The position numbers and the translations under genes are program-made. From Eledone cirrhosa (lineage: Eukaryota): a stretch of 64,000 nucleotides of DNA. The notes under the pieces were generated by a model. The model did no database searches, was not told the origin of the DNA, and saw only the letters and a list, made by a program, of their open reading frames with translations. Every line of letters begins with the position of its first letter. Positions within the stretch are counted from its first letter, which is position 1. Below, in pieces: positions 52,801-64,000 of the stretch. The DNA lies in NCBI GenBank assembly GCA_964016885.1, contig OZ024750.1, positions 5,332,001-5,396,000 on the forward strand, written 5' to 3'.

Positions 52801-54729
52801 TTTGATATCCTCAGTCCCTGGACTGATATATTTCTCCACAATGTCAGGAGGACTGCATCCCACTGAGAAAGGAACTCCATGTGGTATCACTGGCTGTTCT
52901 CTGTAGCAAAGCTTTCAGGCATCTTGTCCATGGGGCGCAGCTGAGATATACTGACCTGCCAAAGGTCTTTTTGCATTCCTTATACATTATTTAATTTTTC
53001 TTTCCCCCGACCACCAATTTTTTTGTCTCATTCTGTTCATTATTTTAATCCTTTTAAAAAAATCTTTTCATTTTTCTACACTTCTCCTCCTTGATGAATT
53101 TACCCCTTGATTTCTGTAAAAGGGGCCAAGCATAAGAGTTATAAAGGGATGAGAAATTGAACGTAGCAATGCTCATGGATATTCCAAGGGGCTTTAATAG
53201 TGGAATGATATGAAATAAAATGGATATAAGCAGACATTGGAAGTTTTACCCTTATTTACAATGCTTGCTATTCCAATACTAATATTATTCAAGTTACTTA
53301 GTACCATTTTCACTATCTACTTTACTAAGTAGTAGAAAATTGTATATATATCTTTATTAATCCAGAAGTATCTAACATCAAATACCAAAAGTTCACCTAT
53401 GATGTCAGATAAGTGTTGACATTTAAGAAAGAATTTATGTAAAAACACCTGAAAACTAAATATGCACTTTCAAATAAACAGCAATCTAGGATTATGGGTG
53501 TATATCTTTCAAACAACCAAATTAACTTCACCAAATTTAAACAGGTGGAAATATATTTTTACTACATGTAAAATTGGACAAGAATCAAGAAAATATATGT
53601 TATTGAATGAGTCACCGGTGTTCTTAGTAGTTAGCTAGCCAATTTGTATCCAACCACCAACAGTAGTTCATACAGTGTCTAGAGTAGGGATGCTAAACTC
53701 TAAATAAAACTGTCTATCTAGAAAAACAGTTAACCATCATAAAACAGTCAGTTAACAATCATAACAGTTAGTTAACCATTATAAAACAGTCAGTTAACCA
53801 TCATAAAAGTCAGTTGCCCATCATAAGCAGGATTGAGTTCAACTCTTCTAGCCAAAACTATTAAAATATTGGTAATCTATCCCCAAAAAACTATTTCCCA
53901 ACTGCTTAGTTCTGAAAACCAAGTTTAGTTCTAGCACTGTATGACAATTCTGCCAGGAATAAAATTAGCTTCAGGTCTAGTGGCATATAGAAGTCATAAA
54001 GTTCAATTTTAATACTGTATGACAGTTCAGTTTCAGTACTGTGTGACATCTCATTGATGAATAAAAGGTGAATAAAATAAAATTGAACATCATTTAACCC
54101 TTTCCTTACCATATTTATAATGAGATAAACTGTATTTGAATTAATTCTTGAAGAATAATTAATTATTTCATTATTAAGATTGTATTTTGTAACATAATTT
54201 AACATAAGGTTCTTATATAAAATTATGCTAGGCATACAATTTGTAAAAACTATCCTCTTTTTAAACAGATTAAACTATTTTTAGGGTAAAGTTTCTTGTT
54301 ATAACAGCCCTAAGCTAGCAGTTCAGGGAAAACAATCTTATGGCTATTACTTGGGATGGTGGCTTGATGCCTTCAGACCTGGTCTAAATGTTAACAACAG
54401 GGTGGACTCCAGAAAGGGCATTCAAATAAAACAAAAGTTACCTTTCAAGGGAAACTATATACTGAATTAAATATTGACCTCAGAGGTCATTGACTAGGAA
54501 AATGTGGACATAAATAAATACCAAAATATAAAATTTTCACCGAACCAATAGTAACATTTACTTTTTTATATTAATAGTAAAATTTGTAAAAGAAACCCCC
54601 CAAAACAACAATAATAACAACAAAAATAAAAATCAACAGAATGTCCTCGAAATTGAAGTCTTGGATATTGAAACACGAGTCAGGACAGTGTAGAAGAGAA
54701 TGTTCTCTCTGGCATGTAGAGTGTAAGCT

Positions 54730-55126
54730 ACCTTGAGGTCCCAATGAACCGAATGGAGAAAGCATTGTCCTGGAGCATGGTGAGAGAGATGCAATGAAAT
54801 AGAAGTTCAAACTTGCAGGGCTCACTTATGTTGGTGGCACCCCCTCCCCTCCCTGATAGAAATAATCAAGGAGGAGGTTCAGTGACCAAATATACCGGAA
54901 ATCTCCACACCTACAGGTTCAACAACAAACCTATTGGAGAATTGCCAATACTTGAATAGCTTGCAATCTTCAGCCTGGGCCTGTTGCCAAATTCACCAGG
55001 TTTGCCACTAGACAAAGTGTCACTACATGTTGTGACACAGATGAGGGGCTTACCATTGTAGTATGGCAAGATTATGATGCCATTTGGTCTTCTGCCATCC
55101 CCTTCATCCAGCCCACTGGGTACCAT
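54730..55126 (-). mobile_element. CRE-like RLE-domain fragment (diverged)
   Basis: PSGLDEGDGRRPNGIIILPYYNGKPLICVTTCSDTL (cf. PxGLxRxDGKRPDGxTxxPWxxGxxLxWDxTCxDT), then FHCISLTMLQDNAFSI. Confidence 0.72.
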
Positions 55127-55760
55127 CGTCTATATATAAAGTATATTATCAAAACCACCACCACCACCACCACCATCATGTGTCTGCTACTCATAATGGC
55201 ATGGGTTGAAAGTTCTAAAACCAAAAATATGTGTATATGTGTGTACGGGAGAGAGAGAGAAAAATTGTATATGGTTCTCTTACTTTCTTTCGCCCCCTCT
55301 GTCATGTCAGTTAACACTTTCTCTCTACTGACCTCTTCCTCACACTTCCACTCACTCACTCACTGTTTCTCCCTTCTCACTTCACCCCGTTCGCGACGAA
55401 AACAATTTCCTTCTTTCTTACATTTGGATTCATCTCGAAAGGTCTTTTTTCTACGCGCTCATATATTCACCCAGCTTATGCTGACAGAATAACTATGTAG
55501 CTTGTGCCCTTCCTATCTACGGTTAGCTTTCCTCTTTGTTGTTTACTTGTCTCACTCGCTTTACGCGTTTTAATTGTCCTAATAACTTAATTTAGTTATT
55601 ATTGCACCAACGTGAGGTATATGATTTTTAATGCAATGAAATATCTATGATCGTTGGCAAATGAGGGACTCATTTTATAACATGTTATCCATGTGCAACC
55701 TGCAGTATTCTTCTCCCCATTTTTTCATATATATATATATATAGCGTGAAAAACACAGAA

Positions 55761-55923
55761 AGAATTATTCAAATGATTATTTCAAGTGTTTCTCTTTGTA
55801 GTTGTGTGACATGTGTGTTTGCATTTATATATATATCATAGATAATGATATATATATAAATGCAAACACACATGTCACACAACTACAAAGAGAAACACTT
55901 GAAATAATCATTTGAATAATTCT
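55761..55923. repeat. Perfect hairpin: 79-bp arms, AGATA loop
   Basis: AGAATTATTCAAATG...ATATCAT / ATGATAT...CATTTGAATAATTCT. Confidence 0.97.
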
Positions 55924-55982
<59 letters not shown>

Positions 55983-56124
55983 CTTAGCAATCCATACTGA
56001 TTATATTGAACAGTGAGAGATTAAAGAGAGACATGCACAAAACTCGAGGGAGACACATAAGAGAGATGAAAATAAACAATGTCATAAAAATACAGGAGCT
56101 GTGTATGCAAACACATGATACTCG

Positions 56125-56163
<39 letters not shown>

Positions 56164-56171
56164 CATATGTG

Positions 56172-56208
<37 letters not shown>

Positions 56209-57249
56209 GTCCACTCCATGCAAGCATAGAAAAGAGGACATCAAACACTGATGATGATAATATATATATACATATATATATATAACATATATATATACAG
56301 ATATATATATACATATATATATATAACATATATATTACACATATATGTGCATATATATATACATATAACATATATATATACAGATATATATATACATATA
56401 TACATACACATATATATACATACATATATATATACATACATATATATATATACATACATATATATATACATACACATATATATACATACATATATATATA
56501 CATACATATATATATACATACACATATATATACATACACATATATATACATACATATATATATACATACATATATATATATATACATACATATATATATA
56601 CATACATATATATATACATACACATATATATACATACATATATATATATATATACATACACATATATATACATACACATATATATACATACACATATATA
56701 TACATACACATATATATACATACATATATATATACATACACATATATATATACATACATATATATATACATACACATATATATACATACATATATATATA
56801 CATACACATATATATATACATACATATATACACATATATATACATACACATATATATACATACATATATACATACACATATATATACATACATATATATA
56901 TATACATACATATATATATATACATACACATATATATACATACACATATATATACATACATATATATATACATATTTATATACATACATATATATATACA
57001 TACATATATATATACATACATATATATATACATACACATATATATACATACACATATATATACATACACATATATATACATACACATATATATACATACA
57101 CATATATATACATACATACATATATATATACATACATATATATATACATACATACATATATATATACATACATACATATATATATACATACATATATATA
57201 TACATACATATATATATACATACATATATATATACATACATATATATAT

Positions 57250-57324
<75 letters not shown>

Positions 57325-57462
57325 CATACATACATATATATATACATACATATATATATACATACATACATATATATATACATACATATATATATACATA
57401 CATATATATATATACATACATATATATATATACATACATATATATATATACATACATATATA

Positions 57463-57516
<54 letters not shown>

Positions 57517-57573
57517 CATACATATATATATATACATATATACATACATATATATACATATATATATATATAT
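56125..57573. repeat. (CAT)n tract, RTE/SINE tail remnant and a 1.3-kb (TA)n/CATA compound microsatellite
   Basis: Read directly; source of the 200-520 aa spurious ORFs. Confidence 0.98.
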
Positions 57574-57841
57574 CTGCAACCACCCAGCCCTGGCACCAGC
57601 ACCCCTGTGTAGGTATAATCTTGCCACATGCAGAATATGAAAATAGTTCTTTCTATTTACACCTATTTACAACTTTTTTTGTTTTGTCTTTCTTTACAGA
57701 AACTGAAAAAATTAGTAACTTTAGGGAGGGTCAGAAAAAAACAAAACATCTGATGGAATATAAAACAAAATCAAAATTATACGTTTGTCCTTGGTTTTAT
57801 AATAGTTATATTAGTTTGCCAAAAAAAAAAAAAAAAAAAAG

Positions 57842-58012
57842 TTTCTATTTTTGGCACAAGGCCAGCAATTATTCCAGTATATTAGTATTACTTTATATTA
57901 TCGACCCCTTAAGGATGAAAGGTAAAGTTAACCTCGGCGGGATTTGAACCCAGAGCGTAAAGGGCCGTGACTCTATGCTGCAAAGCATGGTGTCCGACTC
58001 TCTACACCACCC
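57842..58012 (-). mobile_element. SINE family A copy
   Basis: Reverse complement of the family core. Confidence 0.8.
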
Positions 58013-58356
58013 TAAATAATAATAATAATAATAATAATAATAGAAAATAAAATTGGGAGATTGTGTAAGACAGTAAATAATAAATCGTTTTACTTTGAAG
58101 TCAAAGTTTTAAAACTCAATATGAAGATTACTATAAACAAGTGTGTGTGTATATATGTGTATGTGTTTGGCATATATGTTTATATACGTATGTGTGCGTG
58201 TGTGTTGAGAGGAAATCAAGCAGTCCCATTAGTATCCTAAGGATGAGTTCTTATTATCTGAACTGATTATAAGTTCCTGGTTTTACTATATTGTTAATAG
58301 CTCTTGATTTGTTGTTTATGTGTTTATGTTGAATAGATCAATTTTAAACAAATTGC

Positions 58357-58587
58357 TATATATATATATGTATGTATATATATATATATATATATATAAA
58401 TATATATATATCATTATATATATACATATATATCAATATATATATATATATACGTATATATCAATATATATATACATATATAAATATAACAATATATATA
58501 CATATAAATATATAACAATATATATACATAACAATATATATATACATACACATATATAACAATATATATACATACATTTATATAACA

Positions 58588-58624
<37 letters not shown>
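58357..58624. repeat. (TA)n-rich microsatellite
   Basis: Read directly. Confidence 0.95.
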
Positions 58625-59246
58625 GCTGTGGATTATTTATGTATAAGAAATATTATTGGTTTACAGATTATGTCACCTGGTAGAAAAAAAAATGACCACT
58701 ATGTAAAAGTAGTAGGGCTTCCATAATAAATGAAGGCTTCTTTCTAATAGCAGCAAATTTTATCAGATCTGTGAGAAGAAACTTAAAAAAAATAATAATA
58801 ATTTCAAGTTCAATGAAGATTTAGTAAGTTATTCTTCCTTCATTGATATTTCTGTGGCTAAACTGTGTAAAATTCTTAAACTTCATATAAATATTTGTTT
58901 TTAAAAAGCCACCACCAGCACACCCACACATACGTACAAATATCGAAGTGATAAGTAAGAAAAATAATTTACTTATGAGGATGTAATTGAATAGGTATAA
59001 TCAGTTTGTGTTCAAGTGTGGCACTGAAAATGTCAATGTTTAAATATAAAGTTATAAGCATTGACTGCCAAATAAAGGGAAAAAGTGACTTTAACACCTT
59101 CCAGGAGTACTATTGACAGAGTTCCCTACACAGTGGGGTAAGGAATCTTCCGAAGCATTATATTAAAGTAACGTAAAAGCAAGTGAGCTGTTCACCTGCA
59201 ATTAAGTTTTCTATCACAATTAAAAACAAGTGTAGGTTGGTTATAT

Positions 59247-59290
<44 letters not shown>

Positions 59291-60786
59291 AATTGCAGTC
59301 ATCTGTGAACGGTTTCCTGTCAGGAAAGAGCTTAACATTCATGTACTGCCATTATTACAAAGATTACCTTGAGATTTTGCAACAGAAATTTCCAGGGAAA
59401 GAAAAATAATTCCAGATTGAAATTGTTTCAAATAGTTACATATATTAATTGGTAATCAAAACAAGAGTTTTCAGCAAAATATCTCTTTCAAATATCATTT
59501 CAGAAATATAATTCCAACTTCTTTTCCTTTCCTAATGACTTTCTCTTAAAGACTATATATACTCTCTATTTTTAGGTGTTAAACAGTAATAGAGATGTTA
59601 AAGCTTAGATTAAATGATTTCATCATACTCAGTAGGTATATTATCATTTATATTTAAAAACATGTACATTTTAAGACAACATTATTTTTATATAATACTT
59701 TAGTTATATATTTGCCATTTAATAACTCAGCTAAATAGCTTCAATATTAACACTGGCCATCTCACTTTCTTTCAATAGTCTGTCTCGAAACCATGATTGG
59801 TTGAGTACATCAAGGATAATCTGTATATATCATTTTCTCAGACTTTCTATTCAGTTTCTTTAACAATTTTTTTCAGTCTTTTGTTTTCATACGTGCAAAC
59901 CTTTTCTTTTATCAGATAACAGATATCTAATGAAACTATTATCATTTCTGTTCCATAAATGCACTGAATTTTAGCTTATACTTATAACAAAACTGTTATC
60001 TCTACTGTCTATAGAATTCATATAAACAGTAAAATCTCCAAGCCAAGTTTTTAAAAATTTTATTTATTTGCTGCACTCACCAATATAGTTGCCATTTAAA
60101 ATTGACTCCAAAATTGATCAAATGAAATCCCAACAAAACTGTGAGATTGTATTTCGGTTAATGTTTTTATCACATTGAAAACTTGCATGAAATGTCACGA
60201 AAGAGATTTATATTATAAATCAATTCTTCCAAACTGGCTGCTTATAATTTTTTTTTTATTATATTGATGTTGCCGATTGCCAAATCCTCTTATACAAGCT
60301 GCTATACTATGGAACAAACATTCATTCCTTGTTCTTATTACTCTTCAACTGTTACAGATTCTAGTTTAAACATCAATTTTAAGTCAACTTCACTGACAGG
60401 GCATCCAGTAAGGGTTCATTCTTGACCCCATATAATGCCACAAAAAGAAAAAAAAAAATTACTTTCAGTTTAGATAGACAAAGATAAAAGCTCCATTTTC
60501 TGTAGTCTAATTTCTCACAATAGAACAACAATAACAGTTCCTGTGAACACTATGAAACATCAACAGACAAGTGTTAGAACAGTTCTACAAAGCACAGCAA
60601 TGTTACTTCAATATTTAAGATTCAAAAATTCAAAACTATTTTTTTTAAAAAAGGGGAACAGGTGTAAGCTTACAATTTTCATCACATCACTTAGAGACAT
60701 GAATGCAACATCCAGGAATGCTTACATACAGTTTATATCAAGATTTACTATTTTTAAGTCTTAAATGGACATAAAATTATATATAT

Positions 60787-61170
60787 ATATATTAGTAAAA
60801 AGGAAAAGAAAATGCTGACAAATTTTTCCCAGTGAAAAATAGTTTAATTAGGAATAAGTATAAATTAGTAATAAGTATTGGTTAATATTCAGTTTTAGTT
60901 TTAACTTTTTACCGGTTGCGCATTTCTAATGCTTTTCAAAAATAATTTTGAGATAGAGCGCTCATAATGTTTGCAAGATTAGAGCAAACATTATGAGCGC
61001 TCTATTTCAAAATTATTTTTGAAAAGCATTAGAAATGCGCAACCGGTAAAAAGTTAAAACTAAAACTGAATACTAACTAATACTTATTACTAATTTATAC
61101 TTATTCCTAATTAAACTATTTTTCACTGGGAAAAATTTGTCAGCATTTTCTTTTCCTTTTACTAATATAT
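60787..61170. repeat. Long inverted repeat: about 187-bp arms, 9-nt loop
   Basis: Arms differ by about 3 substitutions and 1 indel; loop AAGATTAGA at 60975-60983. Confidence 0.97.
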
Positions 61171-61784
61171 CACAACTCGTGTGTTACACCTCTATTTAAA
61201 AAAAAAAAAAAAAAAAAAATATATATACCTATTGTTATATATACCTATTGTTATATATACCTATTGTTATATATACACATATATACACACAAACAATGAC
61301 ATACCTGTATGTATGTCCTTCTTATTATAGCTGCAAAGCTATACCAGTGACCTGAGGGTTAGGATGTTCATGTTTAACATACTCTTCAAAATTGGTTTTG
61401 AAAAGTATGTTTAATGTGAAACTTCTAACCTACAAATCCCTGGTATAGAGCTCCACAACTATAACAAAATAAACATCAAATATACCTATGTATTGCATGT
61501 ATTGAGTTTTGTTTTTTGTCCCATTTGCACAGTCAAACCTATCTGTATACATTATATATATATATATATATGTGTGAATATATATGATATATATATATAT
61601 ATATATATCATCATCATCATCATCATCATCATTTTACGTCCGCTTTTCCCTGCTATGTGTATATATATATATATATCATATATATGTGTATATATATATA
61701 TCATATATATATATATATATATAATATATATATATATAATATATATATATATGATATATATATATCATATATATATATATATTA

Positions 61785-61898
61785 TAATATAGATGAGATT
61801 CTACAGGACTAGAACTGTTTCATTCTTTAGAAATCATCATTCCTGATGATTTCTAAAGAATGAAACAGTTCTAGTCCTGTAGAATCTCATCTATATTA
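61785..61898. repeat. Perfect hairpin: 55-bp arms, TTCC loop, CTGATGA...GAAAC motif at the apex
   Basis: Arms read directly; right arm homologous to 11955-12012. Confidence 0.95.
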
Positions 61899-61969
61899 AC
61901 ACTTTTATACTCTGCAATGTATTGAGTACCTTACTTACTGTGGTTACCTCCGATTCAACCCGGAATAAC

Positions 61970-62116
61970 GTATATATATTATATATATATATAAATGATA
62001 TATATATATATATATATGATATATATATATCATATATATATATATATTATATATATATATATATGAATGATATATATATATATGATATATATATATATGA
62101 TATATATATATATATA

Positions 62117-62204
<88 letters not shown>

Positions 62205-62470
62205 ATATATATATGATATATATATATATATGATATATATAATATATATGATATATATAATATATATGATATATATAATATATATGATATATATGATATA
62301 TATATATATATGATATATATAATATATATGATATATATAATATATATGATATATATAATATATATGATATATATAATATATATATATATAATATATATGA
62401 TATATATAATATATATGATATATATAATATATATGATATATATAATATATATGATATATATATATATATC

Positions 62471-62523
<53 letters not shown>

Positions 62524-62616
62524 ATATATCATATATATATATATATGATATATATATATATATCATATATATATATAATATATATATATATCATATATAT
62601 ATCATATATATATATA
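61970..62616. repeat. (TA)n/TGA/TAA compound microsatellite
   Basis: Read directly. Confidence 0.97.
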
Positions 62617-62907
62617 GGCTAACATTGTTACACACCAAAATAATTGAGTTACACACACACACTGACCCCTAAACATGTCACACACACTGACCCCTAAACA
62701 TGTCACACACACTGACTCCTAAACATGTCATACACACAGAGGCACAGTTGTCTTTATTTCTATAATTATTTAATTTCTTCACCAAGTAAAGTGAAAACCA
62801 TTTATTATAATATATATTGTTGCAATACACTGTAAATAACTCGTACTTTGTCATAGTAAGACTGCTAAATCAACTCACTATCCTTTTGAATATAAAAAAA
62901 AAACCTT

Positions 62908-62938
<31 letters not shown>

Positions 62939-62943
<5 letters not shown>

Positions 62944-63020
62944 GTTGTAACATAATTTCCTGCCGTTTTTTATTAAGAAGTTTTAATAACAACGGCAGGA
63001 ATGTATGTTTCAGCCCAATA
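62939..63020. mobile_element. About 80-bp mariner-type MITE inserted in (TA)n
   Basis: TTGGGTTGTAACATAATTTCCTGCCGTT...AACGGCAGGAATGTATGTTTCAGCCCAA. Confidence 0.75.
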
Positions 63021-64000
63021 TATATATATATTATATATATTAAAATATACAAACTTGTATCACACATTTCTTTGAGTTATATAAAAAAAAAATCACAAAA
63101 CAAAAACAAGATAACCTAAAACTCTGAATATATAATACATTCATCATTTTCTTTCTTTAACAAACCTGTAAACTGTTGGCATTCCAAGACTTTTTAAGCA
63201 TTTATAACAATATTACAGTGGAATAATGAAAGAAAGTACTAGACTATAAGAAACAGAATACATTGTAAAGGCAAGCAAAAAAAAAAAAAGTGTTGTAAGG
63301 TTACATGCATAAATAGAAAATAGAGAACTGTTTCTTTGTCACCAAATTTATGGTAACAAGTTCAAACAATAAGTTTACATATTAGAGATATTGCACAAAT
63401 ACGAAATACAATGTTTTTATTTTTTATTTTTTTAAAAATAATTTTTAAAATTTTTTTTTCTTATTATTTTTTCCAAAATGACTACATGGGGGTGGGGGTG
63501 GGAGGGAGAAAAAAAAAACAGAAATGAATAAAAAAAAAAAATTTAATAACAAAAACATGTTGCTGAGTTTGTTTGTTTATTTAATTACTAATTATTATTT
63601 AAATTTAATCTAATTCTACTGTCAAAGAGTTGGACTGAAGCTTATGTTACTACAATAATATCATTTTTTTTTTGTAAGTGGATAAGGAAATGATTTTTAC
63701 ATTATTAATAATTTTTCTGTTTTTTTTTTTCACCAATTCTTCAGTTAGATTTCTGCAAGAAATCCTCTCCTTCATGACAAAATTATTATTATTTTTTTTT
63801 AAATTTTCAAATATATTTTTTTTATTAAATAAGAAATCCTTTTTGATTTCTTTTCCATTTTATTTTCATGCCCACCCAGCCTCGCATTGTTGCTACCAAA
63901 AAATATCAAAATACACTCTCTCCATGTTAACCATCATTAATATCTCTACTTGCTTTAACATCACAAATTTCTCAATGAAATCATATTCTTTTGGAGCTTC

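Noticed and set aside
56021-57629. Long ORFs of 217-520 aa
   Set aside because: Translations of the (TA)/CATA microsatellite (YI/HT/MYV repeats); not genes. The same applies to the ORFs at 18707-19331, 52065-52376, 58320-58599 and 61493-62532.
63100-64000. 3' UTR of a minus-strand gene beyond the window
   Set aside because: Composition is suggestive, but no coding exon or other evidence lies inside the window

Overview
AT-rich, microsatellite- and SINE-dense animal genomic DNA. The SINE, RTE and piggyBac-MITE families and the (TA)/(CA)/(ATC) tracts look like a coleoid cephalopod, probably Octopus; this is inference only. Three host genes are supportable: coding exon 1 of RNASEH2A (minus strand, remaining exons not found in the window), a complete 4-exon mitoferrin (SLC25A37/28 family, plus strand, 340 aa) and a MAGE/NSMCE3 gene with an intronless CDS (minus strand). 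The rest is transposon debris: tRNA-derived SINEs, RTE 3' ends, a mariner remnant, piggyBac, mariner and hAT MITEs, at least seven 3' fragments of a CRE-like RLE retrotransposon, and many minisatellites born inside those elements. The most interesting signal is a set of non-coding foldback (long hairpin) insertions next to (TA)n tracts. Several carry minimal type-I hammerhead-ribozyme-like motifs (CUGANGA-stem II-GAAAC-short stem III-GUH), in two cases starting at the hairpin apex. One shows a U3-A8 compensatory core variant. These look like non-autonomous Penelope-like/retrozyme-type elements. Ribozyme activity is untested, and repeat coordinates read by eye are approximate.
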